Positions 1 through 11,332 of a DNA stretch of 63,509 nucleotides are shown here, piece after piece. Every line of letters starts with the position of its first letter. The first letter of the stretch is position 1. A program made the position numbers and the translations under genes. The notes under the pieces were generated by a model that saw only the letters and a list, made by a program, of their open reading frames with translations, was not told where the DNA came from and made no database searches. Location of the stretch: positions 44,640,492 through 44,704,000 of the forward strand of contig CM060733.1 of NCBI GenBank assembly GCA_030704615.1, given 5' to 3'. Origin of the DNA: Takakia lepidozioides. Its lineage: Eukaryota; Plantae; Bryophyta.

Positions 1-1420
1 GAGTCGCACTTTTCCGACATTTCAGAACGGAAAAGCGCCGCCGCATTTCCATTTTGTATCTGATGCATGGAGCTGAGGGATTGAAATGCCGCAGCACATT
101 TCCGTCCTTAAAAGACATTCATACTCTCCAGAACGGAAATGCGGTACCGCATTTCCGTTCTGATTGAGATTTACGAACAACGGGAACAGAAATGCGGCAC
201 CGCATTTCCGTCCGAGTCGCACTTTTCGACATTCCAAAACGGAAATGCGGCGCCGCATTTCCATTTTGTATCTGATGCATGGAGCCGAGTGCGATTCCGA
301 CAGCTTCATACAGCGCAATTCCGACCGCTTGAGACATTCATACTATCCAGAACGGAAATGCGGCAACGCATTTCCGTTCTGACTGAAAATCGTGAACCAT
401 CTGAACTAAAATGCGGCACCGTATTCCATCCGAGTCGCACCTACCAACATTTCAGAACGGAAATGCGGTACCGCATTTCCGTTCTGACTGAAAATCGTGA
501 ACCGTCGGAACTGAAATGCGGCAACGCATTTCCATCCGAGTCGCACCTCCCAACATTCTCGAACGGAATGTATTAGATTCAAAAGGGAAATGCGGCACCG
601 CATTTCCGTTCTGATGAAATATCCTGAAACCTCGGAACTGAAATGCGGTACCGCATTTCCGTGGGAGTCGCACCTTCCGACATTCCAAAACGGAAATGCG
701 GCGCCGCATTTCCGTTTGTATGTGAGGCATGGAGCTTTGGAACGAAAATGCGGCACGGAATTTCCGCCAGCGTCAGACGTTAATACTCTACAGAACGGAA
801 ATGCGGTACCGCATTTCCATTCTGACTGAAAATCGTGCGCAACGGGAACAGAAATCCGGCACCGCATTTCCGTTCGAGTCGCACCTTCCGACATTCTAGA
901 ACGGAAATGCGGCGCCGCATTTCCGTTTTGTATATTGGGCCTGGAGCTGTGCTACGAAAATGTTGTACCCGCATTTCCATCCATGTGAGACCTTCAAACT
1001 TTCCGGACCGGAAATGCGGCACCGCATTTCTGTCCAGGTGAGACCTCTATACTTTCCCGAACGGAAATGTGGCACGACATTTCCATTCATCATCTAACGG
1101 ATGTGAAGTGGGAACGGAAATGCGGTACCGCATTTCCGTTCACATTGAAAATCATGAACCACGGGAACTGAAATGTTGTGCCTCATTCCCGTCCCAATCG
1201 CACCTTTCGACATTCCAGAACGGAAATGCGGCGCCGCATTTCCCTTTTGAATCTCATACTTGGAGCTGTGGGACGGAAATGCGGCACCGTATTTCCGTTC
1301 AACAACTAAGGTAAGTGAAGGTGGAACGGAAATGCGGTGCCGCATTTTCTTCCAACAAGTACGGATGTGTAGCAGAGTGATCGTACTTAACGGAAATGCG
1401 GCGCCGCATTCGCATTTTCG
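1..1420. repeat. Array of type-A palindromes GGAAATGCG-GCGC-CGCATTTCC (about 25 copies, ~52-56 bp spacing, higher-order tandem repeat)
   Basis: Perfect copies e.g. 241-262, 692-713, 903-924, 1222-1243. Central variants GCAC/GTAC/GTGC/GCAA. About four spacer types recur cyclically (e.g. CTGACTGAAAATCGTGAACC, CCGAGTCGCACCT). Runs off the left window edge. Confidence 0.95.
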
Positions 1421-2849
1421 CTCCAACTGATCAGACGCTGGGACGGAAATACCTTGAAATGTGAACACGTGGAGCAACGGAATTGCTGCACATGTCGGCA
1501 CTCTATCTGACTGAAGGGGCATGAGGCGGCGCGGCCTGACCGTTCGATAATGATGTTTGTTTTTCGGACGGCAGGCGTACCCTCAACGATTCGAATTTCG
1601 TAATGACGCAAACTCCCCGAGGAGACACTTTCGTCCAACCCTTTCGAACCCAAGTGGTGCATCACCGCCGTTTCATCTACTTTTGTCGTGTCTCCTCAGT
1701 CACCCCTCTCGCGCCTTTCCATCTGCACTCTTTGGCCCTTTTCCCTCTCTCTGTTCTTCTTATGCTCGAACCTGAGAGGGGGGGAGTTCGTGCACCAGCC
1801 AGGAGACCTCGTCGCAAGCTCCGGAAATTATACTTCGGACGTAGGCCAATGCCGAAGGGGAGGAAGCAGATGCGTCTACAGGAGGAGATTGCCATCTCCG
1901 AGCAGCACGGCCACTCAGGCAACCCAGCCACCAGTGAGAGCTCCATGCGATCGGGCTGCGCGCAGCTGATCGAGCACCGAACCCCCCATTTTGCTTCTGT
2001 AATTCTTAGACTGAATGCTAGGAGACTTGAATGCAGAACATGTTTGCATGCCTAACAGGAAAGGTGGACGTGCTGGAGGGATCGCAGGAATCCGAAGAGC
2101 CGCAGGAAGAGTCCGAGGAGCTAGCTGCAGCACGTACACCCACCCGATCCCGAGCGCGGGTATTCCTGCCGGGCCTAGCCCTCTGCGATTCAAAGACGCG
2201 TCTTCGAAGGGCAAGTTCAAAGTCCCAGAGATCGACTCGCGTTCTTCGGTCATGGAGAATCGCCAGCAGGGGTCGGGCCCTTCTCCAGCAAAGTCGAAGA
2301 AGAAGCAGCCCGTCCCTCTACTGGCTTCTGAACCGGCTCAGGCCGATTCACCCCCCCCAACGCGAATGAAGCAGCAGGGTAGAAGACAGATTCAATTGCA
2401 GCAGACACCTTCACCTGCAAGGATGAGGAAGCAGAAGGCAATCAGGGCGACGGGCGAACAATCTCCCGCAAAACCGCTTCCACGAGCTGAAGCTCAGTTC
2501 CTGGAGGATTTCCCGCCTGCAGATGTTGGGGCCGACTCTGTGCAGCGAGGCAATGGGATCGACCGTTGATCTCGATTTGGTACCGGAGGAGGGTGCTGCC
2601 GCTCAACTTTCGCAGCAAGACCTCACCACCGATGAGCAAGCAGGCCCGGAGGAGGCCTCTGCAATGGCAGAATTGCCCGCACACAGGCCCCAGAGTGCAG
2701 CTCCAGTTGAGGATGCTCCAGCTGCTCAGCCACTACCGGCACCTACAGACATGTCTCCGGAGGATTTCAAAAGTGCAGCGGATAAAATGTTGGAGGAGAC
2801 ACACAGTAGCATTGGCAGAGTTCTGGGCAGCAGGGTATTCCAGCGGACT

Positions 2850-3283
2850 CTTCGAATCCCACTCTGTCGCATGGTCTCCCTTCCCATCGTCAGGCAGGCC
2901 CTTCCCGGAGATGTGGATAAGCTCAAGTTCGCATTTCGAGAAGGGTACCGTCTGGGATCGGCAGCGTTTTACGTTTCCATTGAGAATGAGGACGGCGAAA
3001 CTCGTGGACCCACTGCCGATGAATTGTCAACGTGGGATACCCACTGGCACACTCGCAACCACGAATTCGAGGCGACGCTGAAGGGTGATCCCGACTTCGG
3101 CCATATGTTGGGTAAAATGTTCTTTGTGTGGGACGGAAATCACCGACTTCTCGCCTGGTGGGAGTACATCAAGCAGAACCATGCCAAGCACATTGGCTGG
3201 CATTACATGGTGGAGTGTGTCATCCTGAAGGTGAAGGCGGCAGACTCCTCCCTGCTCAAGAATGCCATGGCGGACCTCAACTC
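2850..3283 (+). CDS. ParB/sulfiredoxin-like N-terminal domain exon
   Basis: IPLCRMVSLPIVRQALPGDVDKLKFAFREGY...FFVWDGNHRLLAW. DGNHR (3132-3146) is the ParB/Srx box (DG.HR) in the expected strand-motif-helix context. Confidence 0.75.
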
Positions 3284-5439
3284 GTAAGATACTCATACCC
3301 TCCCTAGCACGTTCGAAATGCGGTGCCGCATTTCGGTTTCCATTCTGGTTTGTTTCCGTGCTTCCGTGTACTGAACTGGAGAGTGTGCCTTGCAGGGTCA
3401 CTGAAAATGCGTACGTGCATACCCACATGGCACACATGCTGTACAGGGTGAGGAAAACTGGTCTCACTGATCCGCAGATGTTTGCGGAAATGCTGGAGCC
3501 CGAGCTCATTCAGAAAGCCGTTGCAAAAACAGACCGGACATGGTATCGTCTCACTATGGATGGAATGGTGGAGGTGATATACGAAGTAAGTCGTCCTCCA
3601 ATTTCCCTCTGCTCATCCTTCCCCAATTTTCAGTAATGTTTCCACATGAATCGAATGTAACGCTTCTGCATGTTTTTGTTGGCAGTCAAACATCAAGCTG
3701 GATTTGGCCCATGCCAAACGCTTCTTCATGGAAAGTGAGGGGCAGGTCAAAACGCTGCAGTCATTGACTGAGCACTTGAAGGAAGCCGGTGTCAAGTCCA
3801 GAACCAAATACAAGTCAAAGCTTGTGAAGCTGGTGGCAATTGCAGATCCGGCACTTGGAAAGGACTTCATCCCCGAGATTGCAAAACACTATTCTCGGGC
3901 CATGCAGCCGACCATGCAATTGGAGAAACTGCATCACCTCTCAACGGCATGTGTGGAGGCGAAAGAGAAGGTGAGGTTTCAATGCACTGAAGTTCCTTCC
4001 TAGCAATAGCCACTCTCTTCCAGCTCCTGACATTGGATCGGAAATGGCAGACACGGTGGCTGTCGATCTGGAATGCATCCGAGAGCATAAGGACAATGTG
4101 GTCTTTTCCACTGGAAGTTTCCGACCCTGCAGTGGATGTGTGGCTCAACCGTATGACTTGGTGGTTCCAGGTAATTCAAGGTACTTCCCCAGATTGCTTT
4201 TCTGACATGAATTCCCTGAACTGCTACGTGACAATGGATTTGGGAATCGCAGGTAATGTCGAATGCGAAGGAGCAAGTCGTAATGCACACAAATTCGTTC
4301 GGCTTGTACGTCAAATGGGATGGAACACAGACATTGGAAGACTACGTGACACGTTTCAGATGTGCGTACAAGGACAACCTTTTCGCCAGAGAGCTACAGA
4401 CAGCAAGAAGGAGCGTGGAGTTTACACATCAGGAGGGAGCTGGGAAAGCTGCAATGCGAATTGTTTACAGGTGAAGCACAGCTGCCCTTGTATGCGAAGC
4501 CTGGTTACGAGGTTTGTCTCGGAAATGCGGCACCGCATTCGCATTTTATGTTTTGGTGGCACTCTGCCAGTAGGTTGGTCTCAACTTTTGCTCACGCATG
4601 CTGACTGCCTTGCAGGTATATGAAATACGTGCTCCTTCAGACAGGGGCCCTGGCTCAAGAGCCCCCGTTCTTCATGGCTTGGACCGTGGCGGACCCAAGC
4701 TGTGTCTACACACCCGAGATGCAGAAACAATGGCATCCCGCGCATCTCGTTGGATGCCCGTGGTACCTGGACATGTCTGGCGGTATTGTTGACGAGTCTG
4801 AGAAAGATCTGCACGCCTTGGCAGAAGAGAAGAGAAAGGAAAGACGTGTCCCTGCTGGGCCAAAGTCGGCAAAGGAATGTGCTGCTCTGGAAGAATCCAG
4901 AAAGGCAGCTGAGATGGCACAAAAGACGGTGGATGCAGCTGTGCAGGCCCAACAGAAGGGGTCGAAGAAGAGGACTCGCCAGCAAGGAGCAGCTGTTGTG
5001 ACACCCGCCAAAACGAAGAAGCAGAAACAGCCTGTTCAGGAAGAGGGTGAGGAAGAGGACTCCGATGGAGACTTTGCAACCAGCCCACCCCCCCAAACGC
5101 AGGCTGCCTCCCCTGTGCCCACCGTTGTCACAGAGGCACGAGAACTGGCTCGGCAAAGAAGGCACTCTTCAACCCCCCAGGGGGGCACCCTTTCGAGCCG
5201 GTGGAAATGAAGAGGCCGAAAGTGGCTCCCGAAACTGTAGTCCAGTGTGTAAATGAGAGTTTCTTGGCGGCTTTGGATGGACGGGCAGCCAAGTTGGCAT
5301 ACCTGAAGACCATGGAGGGTCTGAAGGGCAGAGCACTGAAGAAGGCGACTGCCGAAGAGCCTTCCGACACCCCAGGATTTCAGAATATGGTCTCGTTCTT
5401 TGAGAGGGTGTGTGCAGACAAGGATTGTAGGAGGGGCGG

Positions 5440-6290
5440 AAATGCCACCGAGTGGTCTTGCGATATGATCATCTTGGATATTCCGGACGGAGAGCCTGTG
5501 GAAGGACTGCAAGCTTTGCCATCTTGGAACAGGTACTCGGAGGACTTTTGGAAGAAAGGATTCGGGCTTGCCCGCATGGTGTTGGACGACAGAGGCTGTG
5601 TGGTTGTCCTGGCGAGCAGAGGAAAAAACACTCAGACAGGAATTGCGAAGTGGACCCGCAAGAGCGCCGTCCCGATTCTGAAAAAGAAGTGGACGTGCAT
5701 CAACACACTGGGCCTTCGGTCGGAAGGGAAGAAGGTGATTACGACACTGGCACTCGTCCATTCATTTGCTTGGGTGTTTTCAAATGCGGTGCCGCATTCG
5801 GTTTCTAATCGTTTTCCCCCTGTGTATGCAGACGAAGCAGTTCGATGCATACTGCTTTGTGAAGGAGAACTCCACCTTTGCTTTCCGGAAGGAGGGAGGA
5901 AAGGTTGACCCGAACTGCGACCCCACTCGATTACGACGTTCTGTTCAACAACGTTCCCAAGGAACTTCTCCCTCATAGCCTCACTTCAACGGAACCCCTG
6001 CGGTACTCACGGACTCGGAGCCCTGCCTTCATTCAGACAATTATGGAGACATGCACAGACGTGGAGGGCACAGTGCTCGACCTCATCTGTGGGACAGGTA
6101 TGCAGAATCTTGATCTATGCTGTTCTGCAAATTCTCGTTAGGATGTAGTTCGCAACATCTGAAGCGCCATGTGGTAATGTGTGGATGGCATTGTAACAGG
6201 TGCCTCAATGTGGGCTGGGCGGTTTTCCGACCGGCACCTCTTTGCCTACGAGGAGGATTCATCCGTGTGGGGATCCCATCTGGAGGGCTG
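5440..6290 (+). CDS. Beta-class (motif IV before motif I) N6-adenine/N4-cytosine DNA methyltransferase-like domain, spliced
   Basis: CDMIILDIPDG (DPPY-like motif IV, 5477-5488), then ARMVLDDRGCVVV (L.P.G.I.V-like), RSPAFIQTIMETCTDVEGTVLDLICGTG (motifs X and I, 6073-6098), spliced to ASMWAGRFSDRHLFAYEED (cf. TT..AA...GR.FIGIE). Confidence 0.75.
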
Positions 6291-7104
6291 CAACGGAATG
6301 TGAAGGCTCCCGACAGAGCGGAAGTCTCCTCGGATTCGTCGGAGTCCGAGGAAGACACAGTGGACATTGATGCGGAGGAGAACCCGGAATACGAGTGAGT
6401 GCAAACATTGTAAGTTTGCAAAGCCTTCTGGGTCATTTATGTCAAACGAATTTCCCGACTGTGGTTCTCATTAGTCTCGTTGATGATTGTCATGTGCAGG
6501 ATTGCAGGGTCCGGGTCGAAACATGTAGGGCCTACACTTCCTGCCAGGAAGAATGTCCCGTTCTTTGCGAGGGCCGATTTCATGACGAGCCCGGTGAGGG
6601 ACTACTCCCTTCCTAGTTATGCAGCTAAACTCGCAAATACAGCGATTAGAAGAAGTGAGAATCCCAGTAAAGTAGAGCAGATTTTGGAGAGGGCTAGGGA
6701 GGACAGAAGGATAAGGAAAGAGTTGGCAGCAGCTCAGACAGGTAGACGGGTACGAAAGTACATATGTGATTCAGCGGATGAGAGCGACGCAGACAGGGAG
6801 GAAGACGACCCAACGGAGGTGAGATGGACAGTTCCGCAAGGGGAAGATGGGATTTTCGAAAGCCTGGCCAACGAGCAGTCCGCTGGAGATGAGAAAGGCA
6901 CTGAGGGGGTGGAGGATGAGCAGGACAGTCTAGAACAGGATGAGGATTCGGATGATTTTCAAGATTAATAGAATTTTAATGAAGTCTCTGTAAATGTAAA
7001 TTCTCTTCCAGAGTATATAAAGGAAATTCTGCCCGACATTCGTGACCCCTCTCCAGTGTGCATTCCAGCCACACAATCGCCCAAACCACGACGCTCCCAA
7101 AATC

Positions 7105-7955
7105 AGAAATGGGGCACCGCATTTCCAAAACAGGGGAACTCTAAGAACCTCTTTTGGAAATGCGGCACCGCATTTCCAAAACAGGGGAGGGACTAAATTT
7201 TCCATTTCAATGTTGGCATAGTAAAAAGTAATCTGAATTGGAAATGCGGTGCCGCATTTCCAAAATTTCCTTTGTCCACACGCCAGTTTTGGCCTCTCCC
7301 GCTCATCGCATGGATGCCACCACGCTTACAGAGGTCGAACAACGAGGTCGAACAACGAGGTCGAGATGGCGGGATTGAAAATGCGGTGCCGCATTTCAGT
7401 ATTGGGGATGGTCGTTGTTCGAACTGCAGGCCCATCAGCAAAAATTGGCACCGCATTCCATTGTAAAAAAAGTCGATGACGGACATGGAAATGCGGCGCC
7501 GCATTTCCAGAACGGACATCGCAATTTGTCCATTTGCAGACCCTCTCTCGGAAATGCGGTAACGCATTCCATCGCGCTGGTCGGAAATGTCACACTTTTC
7601 GAAGTGTTGTACGGAAATGCGGCACCGCATTCCCTTGTCCAAAAAGAAGTTTCCATTGCCAAGCTGGAAATGCGTCGCCGCATTTGCAATGCCAACCTCG
7701 TTTTCTGATCAATTTATAGACCCGTGTTGGTATTTCGTGTACCTGGACGGAAATGATGCACCGCATTTTCTTGTCGGACATGGAAATGCGGTGCCGCATT
7801 TCGATGTCGACATGGAAATGCGGCGCCGCATTTCGATCCCGACATGGAAATGCGGCGCCGCATTTCGATGCCGACATGGTAATGCGGCGCCGCATTTCGA
7901 TGCGACATGGTAATGCGGCCCACGATGCCGACATGGAAATGCGTGCCGCATTTCA
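7105..7955. repeat. Second array of type-A palindromes, ending in a 32-bp-period tandem block (7777-7955)
   Basis: GGAAATGCGGCGCCGCATTTC copies. Unit GACATGGAAATGCGGCGCCGCATTTCGATNNC starts at 7777, 7809, 7841, 7873. Confidence 0.95.
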
Positions 7956-8211
7956 ATGTCCGACATGGCGTTACTCTGGTATATTCTTGACACATCACTC
8001 ACATAACGGTTACTCTGCTATATTCATCCGGACAGACACATTGTAGAAATGAGACATCAAATTGTAAACAGTGGGCCAATTCCGACAGTTATTCAACACA
8101 ATGAAACACAATCATACAGAAGTGAGGTACGATGGGTTTATTGATCGGACACGATGTCTCACATTTACCAACTGCAGACAAAACTAAGCCCTTCCTCCTT
8201 CTACATGGGCT

Positions 8212-8792
8212 TCACCAAGTCGACGGAACTTCGATACCCCTCAAAACAAGCTCATCACTGCTGCTGCGCACCTCGAGGTAAACTGCAATTCGGTCGTTGT
8301 GCTGCCCTTGCTGGAGCCGACGACAATGTCATGTCCATCAATGATACCACCATCATACATTGACAAGGTCACTGTGGGCCTCATGTGCCCGTGCGATTCG
8401 TCTTCGCAACTCAGCCGAATGTCTCCATACACTGGAAGAGCGGAGTGATCTGCACGTATATAGTTTTCCCCGGTGCCGTCCTCCCTGGTCCACTGGCAGC
8501 AGTTCCAGCGCCAAAGCGAGGCCGTGCGTGATCTGTCCGGCATCCCTTTCCAGCTTGGTATATCGAGGTCAACAATTTTCAGGACCCACGGACCGCATTG
8601 ACCCTCGCCCTCACCTCGCTCAAAGCGGTAATAGCCCTCCAGATACTCCATTGCGCGCAAAGACTCTTGCTTGATTCCAGCAGCGTCTGTGAAAACAGAG
8701 AGCCAGACAATGATGTCTCCTGATTCTGGTTTGAACATAGCATAATCGTGGCCATGATAAGGGCAGTCGGCTGGATTTCGGCGGCACGGCAT
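8212..8792 (-). pseudogene. Uncharacterised ~190-aa cargo protein, paralogue P1 (frameshift near C-terminus)
   Basis: MPCRRNPADC...SGDIIVW...RSRTASLWRWNCCQW...YGDI...YDGGIIDGHDIVV. The family C-terminus DELVLRGIEVPSTW* lies in a shifted frame ending at 8212. Confidence 0.8.
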
Positions 8793-9341
8793 CCTTGAAA
8801 AAGAGTAGCGGAGTACGCTCAATGACAGCAGCTCCCGGATGGAGGAGGAGCAGCGCGGTGGCTGGAAAAAGTTCAAGCTAACGCTGCAATTCCTCACAAA
8901 CACTCTAGGGCACATTTAAATTTCCCCCCTACAGGATCCTGGACCGATGAAGATTGGCTGCTGCATAAATGTAGCCGTTTCTGTTTCCTACCCTGCCATG
9001 CAAACTATGGGCAGTCACTGCCAGGTGGGCCGATAGCCACTGGACACGACGAAGTCCATCCCCTCTTCGATGTAAATGCGGCGCCGAATTTCCATCCGGG
9101 GGATGGACTTCGGTGGCAGATCTCAAACTATAACTTGTTGATGAGAAAGATGTATGGCTTCATCCACCGCTGCCGTGATGAACACGTTCCACCTCCGTCG
9201 GTGGGTACGTGTGACCCAGATGCTCCATTATTGGAGGCCGGACTGCTCTTCCGCTTCGTATCATTTTCAAAATCTAAGGGCTTCGTAGCTGTCCGCAAGG
9301 TCATCGGCATCCAAGTCGTCCTCAGGTCCTCCTTTGCAAGG

Positions 9342-9905
9342 ATGCCGTGCTTCCGGAACCGGGACGACTGCCCCTTTGGAGGCATCGATTATGCAATGTA
9401 TTCGGCAACATCGGGAGACATTGTTATCTGGTACACAGATTACACAGAAGATACTGGTTCGATTGTGGAAACATTGGTGGCTTTTGAGTATATCGTAGGC
9501 CACTACGCCTTCGAGCGGGGTGACGATCTTGGTCTGAGGAGTCCGTGGCTCCTGCGCATCCTCGATTCCGATTTTCCCAGTTACGACGGTCACCCATGCA
9601 GAAGAAGGCGCACTGCTATGCTGTTGCGGTGGAACTGCTGCCACTGGACGTGGGTGGACTCCATCGGAGAGACCTATTCTCCTCGAGGAGTGCGCTCCTC
9701 TTCTCCATTGTATGGGGACATTCGCATTGGTGTGGACGACGAAAACGTGAAGATTTCCATATTCGATGGTGGTATGATTGAAGGGCAGGACATTGTGGTG
9801 AACATCACTAGGGGCGGTACAACGGCTGCAATCGACTTTACATGGAGGAGCCCCATGACTCATGAGCTAGTTCTGAGAGCAGTCGAAGTCCCATTGACAA
9901 CGTGA
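9342..9905 (+). CDS. Uncharacterised ~187-aa cargo protein, paralogue P2 (intact)
   Basis: MPCFRNRDDC...SGDIVIW...RTAMLLRWNCCHW...YGDI...FDGGMIEGQDIVV...ELVLRAVEVP. Aligns with P1, P3 and P4. Confidence 0.85.
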   Translation: MPCFRNRDDCPFGGIDYAMYSATSGDIVIWYTDYTEDTGSIVETLVAFEYIVGHYAFERGDDLGLRSPWLLRILDSDFPSYDGHPCRRRRTAMLLRWNCCHWTWVDSIGETYSPRGVRSSSPLYGDIRIGVDDENVKISIFDGGMIEGQDIVVNITRGGTTAAIDFTWRSPMTHELVLRAVEVPLTT

Positions 9906-10289
9906 CTTGTATTCAGTAGGCACAGGGCTCAAGATTTGATGGCACAATCAGCACAGTAGACGTGCTTCAAATGCAATTCATGTGGATCAATAAAAACCTC
10001 ATTGTGCCCTCTTTTTATTCTATTCTGTGTCCATCGTTCCGAGAATGCGTCATTGCTCATTTCGTTTGGGATTGGGAGTGTGGGTGAATTTTGCAAATGG
10101 CTGGTAGGCTGAAATGGGCCCCCATTATACAGAGCAGTACCACCCTACCATTTGCGAAACATTGCCTTTCAATATATAATTCTAAATAACATTGCCGAAC
10201 CTCCTTCATCGGGAGGTCCTTCTCCCCCTATAACCGTGGCACCCTAAACCCTATTCCCGCGGACACTCATTTCCGGAAAATAGTGCTGC

Positions 10290-10368
10290 TCATGTTTTTT
10301 TCCACACTTACGACTCTGCTCATGGCTCATGCCGCTCATGGCTCATGGCTCATGAAATAGCAGCCCCC
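10290..10368. mobile_element. Putative right terminal inverted repeat of a DNA transposon (reverse complement starts GGGGGCTGCTATTTCATGAGC)
   Basis: GCTCATG repeats followed by AAATAGCAGCCCCC, near-identical to the terminus ending 12732. Abrupt switch to SWIM coding sequence right after it. Partner end not in the window. Confidence 0.6.
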
Positions 10369-10376
10369 ACCCCGGG

Positions 10377-10649
10377 ATGGGGCGCATATTTCAGTTGTCA
10401 ATAGCCGGGTCTGCTGCGCGCAGTGTCGTGTATACAATCACGGTTTCACAGTACCCAGCTTGCAACTGTGAGGACTTCCTTGTTATGGAATCGAAGAATG
10501 CAGCATACGTCCCCTGCAAACACCTTTATTACATTTTTCTGAAGCGCATGAGTTGCATATCCGCAGTGGACGTCTTCATCCATGCTCCAACACCGAGTTT
10601 CAACGAGCTGCACAAGGCCCTACGGCAGGACAGTGGTCGGACTGCTTGA
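10377..10649 (+). pseudogene. SWIM zinc-finger C-terminus of a MULE transposase (5' part displaced by insertion)
   Basis: YTITVSQYPACNCEDF...VPCKHLYYIF = CxC...CxH SWIM signature. SWIM is the usual C-terminal domain of plant MULE transposases. Confidence 0.75.
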
Positions 10650-11332
10650 CATTCTGCATTCGGGAAGGAGAAAGTGGCAATTATATTACATTCATCTTCT
10701 TGCACCCTATTTTTTTGTGAGGAATTATACACTTGGTGGTGCCGCATCGCCATGGCTACATGTGAATTTCGGTGCCGCAATACATGAGAATGTGGTTTTT
10801 GGCCATGAATGGCATGCGCATGTTTTTTTAATTTTGGTTGTCTATAAATGGATCCGAGTAAAGCATACATTGTGTGGAGATTAACGGGCATTGAGGCCTA
10901 TTTCAGCGCCGTTTATGGTCTATGTACTGCATAGTGCTTCCTTGTTACTGCTCTTCATTCAGTTTGTAGTGATTTCGCAGCCCATCCTGGTGTTTTCGTC
11001 CACCTTTATGAGAAGACTCCAATTTGCTACAAATACATTGTTACTGTTCTGCAAATGTGATGCCTTTACAAGATTGCTAGTTTTGTGTCCCAGTGGGAAG
11101 GGTCCTACTGCACATTCCAGCATTTGCATACTGCACCTTGTGCAAACAGCAATCCATACGACAAAGGACACGTCCCAGCATACTGGCAGTGAATTGCAAA
11201 AAACCTTAACAGAAGATTATCCAAGCATGTATATTCCCCATATGGCACAGGGAAGCTGCTTGATTTCTGAATGAAAATGTATGTGCCATGAGTGTCGGCG
11301 AGTCGAAACATGTCTACTCTAGCATGCAAGAC

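Larger units (their letters stand above)
1762..6968 (+). pseudogene. Multi-exon ParB/Srx-like domain + beta-class amino-DNA-methyltransferase fusion gene, copy 1 (several frameshifts)
   Basis: ORFs 2523-3287, 3262-3636, 3704-4003, 4033-4623, 4256-4474, 4620-5210, 5201-5908, 5878-6141 and 6480-6968 chain through GT-AG introns (e.g. 3284-3395, 3586-3685, 4171-4252, ~4471-4615, ~6098-6199). Exon-by-exon homology and shared intron positions with copy 2. Basic/acidic N-terminus and acidic C-tail. Start codon and N-terminal exons uncertain. Confidence 0.8.

Noticed and set aside
1-1420. CRISPR-like regularly spaced palindromic repeats with ~30-bp spacers
   Set aside because: Spacers recur cyclically as a higher-order tandem repeat, there are no cas genes, and the context is eukaryotic with introns and LTR elements.
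22-1522. Many ORFs with EMRRRIS/GNAAPHF/KCGAAF peptides (also 7193-8046)
   Set aside because: They are translations of the palindrome in all six frames, not genes.
1762-6968. Bacterial or phage contamination as the source of the ParB-MTase
   Set aside because: Predicted spliceosomal GT-AG introns sit at shared positions in two copies, and plant-type LTR elements with TSDs are inserted in copy 2.
10241-10252. Telomere-like ACCCTAAACCCT
   Set aside because: Under two units; cannot be told from chance or a telo-box.
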